64,000 nt of DNA, from contig OY821641.1 of assembly GCA_963555995.3 (NCBI GenBank), positions 3,168,001-3,232,000 on the forward strand, read 5' to 3'. The notes beneath the pieces were generated by a model that was given only the letters and a program-made list of their open reading frames with translations, was not told the DNA's origin and ran no database searches. This document shows, in pieces, positions 10,134 through 18,327 of this stretch; within the stretch, counting starts at the first letter, position 1; the number at the start of each line of letters is the position of its first letter. Source of the stretch: Vicinamibacteria bacterium (GTDB lineage Bacteria; Acidobacteriota; Vicinamibacteria; Marinacidobacterales; Marinacidobacteraceae). Position numbers and translations under genes: made by a program.

Positions 10134-11147
10134 TCAACCGTCCGGTGTTTCGAGGCGGACGAGGAAGTCGGCGAGGCTCTGGGCAGCTCCCGCGGCGGAG
10201 AGGATCACCGCGAAGGGCGCCCCGGCGATGAGGTCCCGTTCGGTCTCCGACGGGAACTGCGCCGGAATCGCGATTCCCCGCGACGCGAGAAGAACCGTCA
10301 CGTCCTCCACCCGGCCCACCGCACGGCCCTCCGCGCGCTGTTCGCGGAGTAGGGGATCGTCCTCGGGACCCGTCCCCTCCCGATCCCCGAGCGCCCGGCC
10401 CACCCGCATCAGAACGCGCACGGTCTCCTCCGAGACGACCGGCTCGTTCAGCCCCCGGTGGATCTCCGCCGCCCGCCACGTCGGCAACGCCCGGCTCTCC
10501 TCCGCCAGCGCGTAGCGCCCCGCCTCCAGGAGGTAAATCCGCAGCCCCGACCGCATTCCGCGGCGGCGGCTCGGAGCGTAGGCGTCCGGAACATCCACCC
10601 AAACCTCCGGATACCCCCACCGCTCATACAGCTTCAGACGGTTCCGGCGGACATCCGTCGTCGAGTCCACCTCCAGCACCACGTCCGGCTTCGGCTCGCC
10701 ACTGGCACCCAGATACAGCGGACCCGCGAGTTCGCGCGCCTTCGGGTCCAGATACACCGCCTCGTCCGGGTGCGCGGAGTGGTTGCCGCCGGTATCCGGG
10801 TCGGTGTAGCGGATCTCCGTCTCGCCAAGACAGAGGATCGGCGAGCCCCGGACGTGCGAGACCGTCTGCAGCAACTGTCCGAGGCGCTCTCGCGGACCCT
10901 CGTGCGGGGCGTGCGCCGGCTCGCACGCCATGAACGCGATCCCCGCCTGCCAGTCGAAGTACTCGACCCGGCCCTCGAGCTCGTCGTACTGCGCCGGGGT
11001 CATCGGCCGCGCGTAGCAGCCGGGGAACTCCAATCCCGAAAACGCCGGCCAGGGGGACTCCGGCCGGCGGTAGGCGCTCGGCCCGGAGTCCGGCGCCGGG
11101 TCACGTCGCGGCATGACCGCGTCTGCTCTCGTCGCCGCCCGCTGCAT
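10134..11147 (-). CDS. Uma2/DUF820-like PD-(D/E)xK nuclease-fold protein
   Basis: HPDEAVY...PDVVLEVDSTTDVRRNRLKLYERWGYPEVWV; start may be ATG 11114. Confidence 0.75.
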   Translation of the reverse strand: MQRAATRADAVMPRRDPAPDSGPSAYRRPESPWPAFSGLEFPGCYARPMTPAQYDELEGRVEYFDWQAGIAFMACEPAHAPHEGPRERLGQLLQTVSHVRGSPILCLGETEIRYTDPDTGGNHSAHPDEAVYLDPKARELAGPLYLGASGEPKPDVVLEVDSTTDVRRNRLKLYERWGYPEVWVDVPDAYAPSRRRGMRSGLRIYLLEAGRYALAEESRALPTWRAAEIHRGLNEPVVSEETVRVLMRVGRALGDREGTGPEDDPLLREQRAEGRAVGRVEDVTVLLASRGIAIPAQFPSETERDLIAGAPFAVILSAAGAAQSLADFLVRLETPDG

Positions 11148-11175
11148 CGGGCAAATGCTAGCAACGGAGACGGCT

Positions 11176-11450
11176 GGGAGCGCCGGTCTTCAGACCGGCA
11201 TCGGCCCCCGGAGGGGGACGAAACTCCCCCGGCCACTCTGCGGCGGTGGCGCAAGTTCACCCGGGATGGCCAGACAACCCACGGCATGGCGTCACGCCAC
11301 CCGGCAGCGTAGCCACGGAAGTTTCACCCGCTTCGCGGGCGATGCCGGTCTGAAGACCGGCGCTCCCGGCGGTGGGGCGTTCCGAGGCGGTGGTCACGAC
11401 TCGCTCTCGCCGCCGGTGGCGGCGGTGCCGGTCTGAAGACCGGCGGTCCC
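11176..11450. repeat. REPIN-like inverted REP doublet plus a third copy inside the nqrB 3' end
   Basis: GGGAGCGCCGGTCTTCAGACCGGCA at 11176-11200; reverse-complement copies at 11343-11367 and 11426-11450. Confidence 0.9.
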
Positions 11451-12677
11451 GGCCGCTGCCCTCCGGCGGATGTTGGCGCGGAGGGCGAAGTGGTCAATGA
11501 GGGGGGCGAAGACGTTCATCAGGAGGATGGAGAGCATCATGCCTTCGGGGTAGGCGGGGTTGACTACGCGGATCAGGACCACGAGGACCCCGATAAGGAA
11601 GCCGTAGACCACCCGGCCGCCGTCGGTGGAGGGGGCGGTGACGGGTTCGGTGGCCATGAAGACGGTGCCGAAGGCCCAGCCGCCCATCAGGTAGTGCCAC
11701 CAGAAGGGGACCGCGAAGAAAGGGTTGGTGTCCGACCCGACGAGGTTCAGGAGGCCGCCCATCAACAGGGTGCCGGCCGCGACCGCGAGCATGATGCGGA
11801 GCGAGCCGATCCCGGTGGCGGCGAGCACCACCGCGCCGAAGAGGCAGGCGAGCACCGAGGTCTCGCCCATCGAGCCGGGGAGGAAACCGATGAAGGCGTC
11901 CCAGGCGGTGATCCCGGGGCCGCCCGCCGGGTGGAAGGTCTCCGCGAACGCCTCGTTGCCGGTGAGGCTGAAGCGGGCGAGCCAGGTGGCGCCGCTGACC
12001 GCGTCCGGGGCGGTGTCGGCGGCGATCCAGATGCGGTCCCCGGTCAGGTCGCTCGGATACGCGAAGAAGAGGAACGCCCGCGCGGTGAGCGCCGGGTTGA
12101 GGATGTTGAAGCCGCTGCCGCCGAAGATCTCCTTCCCGACCACCACCCCGAAGCTGATGCCGAGCGCCACCTGCCAGAGGGGCACGGTGGGCGGCAGGAT
12201 GAGCGGGAAGAGCATCCCGGTCACCAGGAAGCCTTCGCTCACCTCGTGGCGCCGGATGATCGCGAAGAGCATCTCCCACGCGCCCCCGACCGCGAAGGTC
12301 ACGACCAGGACCGGGAGGTACCAGAGGCCGCCGTGGACGACGGCGGCCAGCACGCTGTCGGGCGAGAACCCGATGCCCAGCGCTTCGATGACCGCGGTGC
12401 GCCAGCCGGGCAGCGGCGTGGCGCCGTGGGAAATCGCGAGGTTCGCCTGGAGGCCGGTGTTGTAGAACGCCATCGCCACCGTGCCCGCCAGCGCGATGAC
12501 CACGGTGAACATGAGGCGCTTCATGTCCAGGCGGTCGCGGCCGTGGGACGGCCCGGCGGTGGTCTTTCCCGGGGTGTAGAGGAAGGTGTCCTGGGCGTCC
12601 CAGAGCGGCCAGAGGCGGTGGAGGCGTCCTCCCTGCTCGAACGGCGCGCCGAGGCGGTCGAGGAGGCCGCGGAGCAC
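11394..12677 (-). CDS. nqrB: Na+-NQR subunit B
   Basis: EGFLVTGMLFPL, KEIFGGSGFNILNPAL, FMN motif DAVSGAT, GSMGETS, AYPEGMM. Confidence 0.96.
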   Translation of the reverse strand: MLRGLLDRLGAPFEQGGRLHRLWPLWDAQDTFLYTPGKTTAGPSHGRDRLDMKRLMFTVVIALAGTVAMAFYNTGLQANLAISHGATPLPGWRTAVIEALGIGFSPDSVLAAVVHGGLWYLPVLVVTFAVGGAWEMLFAIIRRHEVSEGFLVTGMLFPLILPPTVPLWQVALGISFGVVVGKEIFGGSGFNILNPALTARAFLFFAYPSDLTGDRIWIAADTAPDAVSGATWLARFSLTGNEAFAETFHPAGGPGITAWDAFIGFLPGSMGETSVLACLFGAVVLAATGIGSLRIMLAVAAGTLLMGGLLNLVGSDTNPFFAVPFWWHYLMGGWAFGTVFMATEPVTAPSTDGGRVVYGFLIGVLVVLIRVVNPAYPEGMMLSILLMNVFAPLIDHFALRANIRRRAAAGTAGLQTGTAATGGESES

Positions 12678-12683
12678 GAGGAC

Positions 12684-14075
12684 CTAACCCTCCTTCTCCA
12701 GGGTGTCGAGGACGCGCCGGAGCGCGGGGCCGTAGTCGTTCTTGGCGGGACAGGCGAAGGTCAGGAGGCCCACGTCCTCTTCGATCAGCTCGAGCGCGCC
12801 GAGTTCCTCCGCCCGCTCGACGTCCTCCATGAGCAGGGCGCGGCACAGCATCGCCGCCGGGATGTCGAAGGCCATCACCCGGTCATAGGTCCCGATGGGA
12901 ACGATGGCGCGGCGGGAGCCGTTCGTCCCGGTGGTGATCGGGCGGGGCCTCGCGGGCAGCAGGGCGGAGAGATAGGCGCGGCTCACCGAGACCGCTCCCG
13001 CGCCGGGCGCGAGCCAGCCCAGCAGGCGGCGGCGGCGGTCCTCTTCGAGCACCGTCACCTGCCGGTGGTAGCGGCCGAGATAGCCCGTCGCGTCGTCCGC
13101 GGCGGTCCGTCCCGCGAGGAGGGACCCGGAGATGACCCGGCGTTCGCCCGCGTCGCGTCCCGGCGCGGGCTCCGCCGTCCCGAACTCCGTGAGCAGCGCG
13201 CCGATGGGCATGCGCAGGAGGCCGGGACTCCTTACCGGCGGACCTCCGAGCGCCACTACCCGGAGCGCGTCGCCGGCGCCGGTGCGGAACAGGCCGCCGA
13301 TGGAGGCGAGGTCCTGGACGTCCAGATGCCATGCCTCCACGCCGCGGTGCACGGGGGCCAGCCGGTGGATGTGGAGTCCCGCGGTCCCGGCGGGGTGGGG
13401 TCCCCGGAACTCCTCGTGGCGGATCCGGTCGGTTCCGTCCACCGGCAGGCGCCGGCCGGCCCGGGAGCAGACGAAGACGGGACCGTCGGTGAGGCGCGCG
13501 AGGGCCGCGAGGCCCCACTCGAGGTCCGTGTCCCGGCCGGCGACGGCGGTCACCGGATCGGGGGCGAGCGGCGCGGAGTCCGTCGCGGTCACGAAGATCG
13601 CCCGGGGCCGGGTCTCCGGGTTGGCCACCCGGCCGAAGGGGCGGGTGCGGATCGCGGTCCACTCCCCGGACTCGAGCAGGAGGTCCCGGACCGCATCGCC
13701 GCCGAGCGCCTCCGGGTGCCGTCCCGACCAGGCGCTCGCCACGTGTCCCGAACCGGCGCCGCCGGAGCGCTCGTCCGGGTCCACCTCGATCACGAGCGAG
13801 AGGAAGGCCCGGCGCTCACCCCGGTGCACCGCGGCGACCCGCCCGCCGAGCGGGGCGGCGAAACGGACGCCGGGCGTCTTCTTGTCCTCGAAGAGGACGT
13901 CGCCCCGCGAGACCGCGTCACCCTCCCGGACCCGCATGGTGGGCCGCATGCCCGGGTAGTCGGCCCCAAGCAGCGCGATCCGGGACGGGACCCGGAGTTC
14001 CGGGGCGCGCCCGTCCGCCGCGGGGGCCCCCAGCACCCGTACGTCGAACCCGCGGCGTACGGTGTGGAGACTCAT
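12684..14075 (-). CDS. nqrA: Na+-NQR subunit A
   Basis: DYPGMRPTMRVREGD, RTRPF, GPHPAG, LGALELIEED..LLTFACPAKNDYG. Confidence 0.95.
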   Translation of the reverse strand: MSLHTVRRGFDVRVLGAPAADGRAPELRVPSRIALLGADYPGMRPTMRVREGDAVSRGDVLFEDKKTPGVRFAAPLGGRVAAVHRGERRAFLSLVIEVDPDERSGGAGSGHVASAWSGRHPEALGGDAVRDLLLESGEWTAIRTRPFGRVANPETRPRAIFVTATDSAPLAPDPVTAVAGRDTDLEWGLAALARLTDGPVFVCSRAGRRLPVDGTDRIRHEEFRGPHPAGTAGLHIHRLAPVHRGVEAWHLDVQDLASIGGLFRTGAGDALRVVALGGPPVRSPGLLRMPIGALLTEFGTAEPAPGRDAGERRVISGSLLAGRTAADDATGYLGRYHRQVTVLEEDRRRRLLGWLAPGAGAVSVSRAYLSALLPARPRPITTGTNGSRRAIVPIGTYDRVMAFDIPAAMLCRALLMEDVERAEELGALELIEEDVGLLTFACPAKNDYGPALRRVLDTLEKEG

Positions 14076-14206
14076 CGGAGGCTGTTCAGAGGGGGCGCGG
14101 ACCGGGACCCCGCCGGGCGAACCGGAGGGGCGGGATCCGAGGGAGGCCGGAGCCGCTTCTCATCCGTTTCCGGGCAACCGGGAATTCTGGCACAAGGCGA
14201 GGGCCC

Positions 14207-14379
14207 GGGAGCGCCGGTCTTCAGACCGGCACCGCTGCGCGCAGCGCAGCGAAACTCCCTTTGCCAGTGGGCCAGGTGGCGTGACGCCATGTTGTGTACC
14301 GGTTCGCCAAATGGCCGCAGAAACGGGGGTGTTTCGCACCCCTCCGGGGTGCGATGCCGGTCTGAAGACCGGCGCTCCC
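14207..14379. repeat. REPIN-like inverted REP doublet
   Basis: REP copies at 14207-14231 and 14355-14379; the spacer is a reverse-complement homolog of the 11176-11367 spacer (shared CATGGCGTCACGCCACC). Confidence 0.9.
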
Positions 14380-14406
14380 GCCCCGACTCCGCCCTACACT
14401 GAAATC

Positions 14407-14778
14407 GTGCGCGACGAGAGACCCGGGAGGTGGCGCGAAGCCGCCCGGATCTGGATCCCCCTGGCGGCGGTCCTCATCCCGCTGGTCGTCAGCATCCAGG
14501 CGCAGATGTTCACCATGCAGCGGCAGTTCGGCGAACTGCAGCGGCAGATGGGCGCCATGCGGGTCGAGTTCCGGGACGTGCTGCGGACCGAACGGGACGC
14601 CCTGCGGAGCGACGTCGAGGGGCAGATCAGCGCCCTCGGAGACCGGATGACCCGGTTGGAGACGCGCGTGGACGCCCACCGGGACGCCCACCTCCGCGGG
14701 GAGCAGCCGGCGGAGGGCGAGACCCCCGCTCGGCCCCGGAGGCCGGCCCGCCGGAACGACGCCCCCGCCAGCGGCTGA
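14407..14778 (+). CDS. Small single-TM coiled-coil protein
   Basis: GTG start; hydrophobic IWIPLAAVLIPLVVSI followed by a heptad-like region ending LGDRMTRLETRVD. Confidence 0.65.
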   Translation: MRDERPGRWREAARIWIPLAAVLIPLVVSIQAQMFTMQRQFGELQRQMGAMRVEFRDVLRTERDALRSDVEGQISALGDRMTRLETRVDAHRDAHLRGEQPAEGETPARPRRPARRNDAPASG

Positions 14779-14799
14779 CCGCCGGACGCCCCGCGCCGG

Positions 14800-16161
14800 C
14801 TACTCCTCGTACCAGCCGGCGCAGAAGACCAGGTTGCCGGAGCGCCGGGCGAAGGTGTGCTTCAACCGCTGCTCTCCCCCGGCCCCCGGGTCCGGTTGCC
14901 AGTAGGTCACCCAGACCCCCTCCTCGGTGGCGCCCGCCAGCTTCGGGGCGTAGAAGTGGCCCGTGATGTCGCTGCCTTCCTCGCGGTCGTGGGCGTTGAG
15001 ACCGAGCTTGTCCGGCGCGGGCGCGATGGCGACCAGGATCCCGGCCTCGTCAAGGATGAAGACGTACCAGGACCCGACCCAGCTCGCCTCGTGGTTGAAG
15101 AAAGCGACGGAGGCCTCCTCGCCGTAGATGCGGGCGAACTCGATCGCCCCCTCCACCAGGCCGACCGCCTGGGCGGCGGGGTCCGCCTCCACGGCCCCGG
15201 GCTCGTACCAGCCGCTGAGGATCCAGTGGCCCGCTTCGAACTGGGCCCACGAGTGCTTCATCCCCTGCTCGCCGGTCACCGGGTTCAGGCTGGCGTAGTC
15301 CACCCAGCCGCCCTCGGGCGGAAGCTGGAGGAACTCGGGGCCGTACACCTTGCCGGTCACGTCCACGCCGATCGCTCCGTACGCGTTCTTTCCCACGAGC
15401 GCCGGGGTGGTGCCGTGGCTCACGATGGTCCCCTGCGCATCCGCGAAGACCACGTACCAGGGACCGCTCGTCGCGGCGGTCGTGCCGTAGAAGGCGGCCG
15501 CCTCGTCCAGCCCCCGCTCCCGGACCCGTTCCACCGCCTGGCGGACCACCCCCTGCGCCTGCGCCGCCGGGCTCGAATCGGTCGGGGCGCCCTCGTACCA
15601 GCCGGAGGCGAAGAGCAGCCCGGCGTGCCGCACCACCCAGGTGTGCTTGATGCCCTCGTCGCCGGTCTCGGGGTTGAAGTAGTTGTAGTCCACCCACACG
15701 CCGTCCTCGGTCGCCGCCGCCAGCGCCGGGCCGAAGTTGTGCCCGGCGGAGTCCACCCCGAGCGGGCCGAGGATGCTCTTTCCGAGGTTCGCCGGCACCG
15801 TCGCGTGCGCGATGATGAGGTTGCCCTCGTCCGCGACGAAGACGTACCACGCTCCGTCCACGCTCGCCGGGTCGTTGTAGGTGTCGAGCAGCGCGTCGAA
15901 CCCCTCCGCCCCGTAGAGGTCCACCGCACGCTGCACGAACGCCTGGGTGAAGGCGGCGGGGTCGTCCTTCGTGGGTTCCGGTTCCGGTTCCGGCGCGGGC
16001 GCCGGGGCGGGAGCGGGCGCCGGGGCCGGCGTGGTCGGCGCGTCGGAGCCGCCGTCGCACCCGGCGAGCGCCAGCGCGAAGAGCGCCGCCGCCGTCAGGC
16101 CGAGGCCGGGGTACCGGGACGCCGGGGGCTCCGGCCCGGTCCAATGCGTGGTGTTCCCCAT
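14800..16161 (-). CDS. Lipoprotein with three tandem single-Cache-like domains
   Basis: Lipobox LALAGC, PA/PE linker, three repeats of WYVF...G.WV.Y..NP.TG....KH.W......GWYE. Confidence 0.8.
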   Translation of the reverse strand: MGNTTHWTGPEPPASRYPGLGLTAAALFALALAGCDGGSDAPTTPAPAPAPAPAPAPEPEPEPTKDDPAAFTQAFVQRAVDLYGAEGFDALLDTYNDPASVDGAWYVFVADEGNLIIAHATVPANLGKSILGPLGVDSAGHNFGPALAAATEDGVWVDYNYFNPETGDEGIKHTWVVRHAGLLFASGWYEGAPTDSSPAAQAQGVVRQAVERVRERGLDEAAAFYGTTAATSGPWYVVFADAQGTIVSHGTTPALVGKNAYGAIGVDVTGKVYGPEFLQLPPEGGWVDYASLNPVTGEQGMKHSWAQFEAGHWILSGWYEPGAVEADPAAQAVGLVEGAIEFARIYGEEASVAFFNHEASWVGSWYVFILDEAGILVAIAPAPDKLGLNAHDREEGSDITGHFYAPKLAGATEEGVWVTYWQPDPGAGGEQRLKHTFARRSGNLVFCAGWYEE

Positions 16162-16302
16162 GGGGTCACAACCTCCTTGTTCCCGGCATTCTTGCGCGGG
16201 AACTGCGGACCGCCGGTGGCCGGCCCGGTCGCCGCGCGCCGCCGTCCCGGAGGGTCCGTTCGGGCCGCCCCCCTCCCGGCGCGTCGCGTTTCGCGGCCTC
16301 GA

Positions 16303-17166
16303 TCAGGCTCGACGGGGCGCGATCCGCTTCCGGGCGGCCTTCTTCCGGGCGACCTTCTTCCGCACCGCCTGCTTCCGGACGGCCTTCTTCCGCGCCCCCT
16401 TCTTCCGGACGGCCTTCTTCCGCACCGCCTTCCTTGCCGAACCGGACTCCGCTGCGGACGGGTCCGGCTCGATCTCGACGCCGAAGAGCGCGGAGAGGTC
16501 GTCCGAGGCGAGCGCCTCACCCGCGGCCGCCTCGGAAGCCGCCTCCACCGCCGCCCCCACCAGTTCGTCCGCGCTCACCCCGCGTAGCCGGAAGAGCTGC
16601 TCCGGGGCGTGGTCCAGCCGCGCGCCGACGCCGTAGAGCGCGGCCGCCGCGTGCTTGCACATCGCCGCCCAGTCGGGGCAGGAGCAGTCCAGCGCGATCT
16701 CGTCGGGCGCCGGGAAGAGCCCTTCGCCGGGCCGGCTCACGATGTCCATGACGCGCTCCGGCGGCTCTCCGGAAAGGAGCGCCACCAGCGATCCGACCTC
16801 GCCGCTGCACGCGGTCCGGAGCGCTGCCCAACGCCCGGCGGGCACCGGCCGGATGCCGATCTCGATCTCGTAGAGATCCGTCCCGCTCACCAGCGCGCGG
16901 ACCCGACCCGCCTCGACCGCCAGATGGACGACCGAACCGCTGCGCACGTACTTGCGGCCCCGCGGCATCCGGTTGGCGAAGTCGCTGTAGCGGAGCAGGT
17001 TGTCGCACCAGGCCCTGCCCCAGAACGTGGTCGCGATCCGGTTGCCGGAGATCGGCGCCACCGGGGCGACTTCCTTCCCCTCCTTCCTGAGGCTCCGGAG
17101 CTGCTCAGAGGCGCGGAACCGCAGCTCGCCCACCGTCGGAGGCGAGTACCAGCGGCGGTAGTACAC
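16303..17166 (-). CDS. SWIM zinc-finger protein with Lys/Arg-rich tail
   Basis: TFWGRAW, NRMPRGRKYVRSG, CSCPDWAAMCKHAAAALYGVGARLD; the tail is built from 15-bp repeats. Confidence 0.9.
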   Translation of the reverse strand: MYYRRWYSPPTVGELRFRASEQLRSLRKEGKEVAPVAPISGNRIATTFWGRAWCDNLLRYSDFANRMPRGRKYVRSGSVVHLAVEAGRVRALVSGTDLYEIEIGIRPVPAGRWAALRTACSGEVGSLVALLSGEPPERVMDIVSRPGEGLFPAPDEIALDCSCPDWAAMCKHAAAALYGVGARLDHAPEQLFRLRGVSADELVGAAVEAASEAAAGEALASDDLSALFGVEIEPDPSAAESGSARKAVRKKAVRKKGARKKAVRKQAVRKKVARKKAARKRIAPRRA

Positions 17167-17184
17167 GGTCCCGGAGTCCCCCGC

Positions 17185-17466
17185 TCAGCAGGTCCGCGGC
17201 CGTCTGCGGCCGAGGTGCGCCGGCCCGGATTCGGGCTCGACGGAGACGCCGAAGATCGCGGGGAGGTCGGCCGCGTCCGGCGCCTCGCGCTCCGCCGCCT
17301 GGCCGGCGGCCTCGACGGCGTGCACTGCCGACGGATCGGGATCGAGTCTCCGCAGGCGGAAGAGATCCCCCGGGGACCGGTCGAGCCGCGCCCCGATGCG
17401 GTACATCGCCGCCGCTTCGCGCAGGCGGATCGGGCCTCGGAGGTGGCCGTCGGAGAGCACCTTCAT
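17185..17466 (-). pseudogene. Degenerate C-terminal fragment of a SWIM paralog
   Basis: AAAMYRIGARLDRSPGDLFRLR...DLPAIFGVSVEPE parallels both neighbours, with no Cys/His ligands. Confidence 0.6.
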
Positions 17467-17496
17467 CTCGGCGAAGGAATTCCTCCCGTCCGCACC

Positions 17497-18327
17497 TCAC
17501 GGTCCACCGAACAGCGTCCGTGGGGGCCGTACGGCTTTTCCGTCCTCTGCGGGCGGCAGCGCGTCCAGCCCCGCCAGATCCGCATCCGGGTCCGGTTCGG
17601 GCTCGACCTCGACGCCGAAGAGGTCCGCGAGCCCTTGCGCGTCCAGGGGGAGGGTCTTCCCCGGCGCGGGATCGGGCAGGCCCCCGAGCGCGGAGTTCGG
17701 CACGGCGCCGAGGTGTGCGCCGCGCAGTTCGAAGAGCGCTTCCGGCTCCTCATCCAGCCGGAACCCCACGCCGTAGAGCGCGGCCGCCGCGTGCTCGCAC
17801 AGCGCGAAGCGCCGGTCGAGACATACGCAGCGAAAGGAGATCTCGGCCGGCGAGGGCAGCAGGCCGCCAAGGACGGCGGCCTTCCGGAAGACGGCCGGGG
17901 GCTGCCCGACGATCTCCCACCGCAACCACCCCCGGCGCGCGCACAGCTCCCGCAGGGCCTTCCAGCGGGGGGCGGAGAGGAGGGCGATGTCCACCGCCAC
18001 CCCGTACTCCGCCCCCGCCCGCACCCGCGCCCGGACACCGCCCCGCCGGATCTCGAGATGGATCACCCCGTCGCGTTCGACGGTTTCGCGGCCGCGCGCG
18101 AGGAGTTCCGGGCAGGCGTAGCGGCGTTCGAGGTGGTCGAGCCAGGCCGTTCCCCAGAGGCCCGCGTCGGGCAACGGGCCTTCACTACCCCGAACGGGCC
18201 GGAGGGCCCGTTGGCGCTCCCGCGCCCCCGCCGCCGCGCGGCGGAGGAGCTCGTCGCGGGAAGGAGGCGGAGCGGGCCGGGGCCGGCGTGTCCGGAGCCG
18301 GCGCCTCGCGCGCCGCGAACGGCTCAC
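17497..18327 (-). CDS. Divergent SWIM zinc-finger protein
   Basis: CVCLDRRFALCEHAAAALYGVGFRLD; start overlaps the SNF2 stop. Confidence 0.8.
   Translation of the reverse strand: MSRSRRARRRLRTRRPRPAPPPSRDELLRRAAAGARERQRALRPVRGSEGPLPDAGLWGTAWLDHLERRYACPELLARGRETVERDGVIHLEIRRGGVRARVRAGAEYGVAVDIALLSAPRWKALRELCARRGWLRWEIVGQPPAVFRKAAVLGGLLPSPAEISFRCVCLDRRFALCEHAAAALYGVGFRLDEEPEALFELRGAHLGAVPNSALGGLPDPAPGKTLPLDAQGLADLFGVEVEPEPDPDADLAGLDALPPAEDGKAVRPPRTLFGGP

Noticed and set aside
11490-14402. 970-aa plus-strand ORF, and similar long ORFs at 17520..21284, 16609..19032, 42904..45435, 45462..47417 and 61355..63943
   Set aside because: Antisense shadows of well-supported genes, expected in very high-GC DNA
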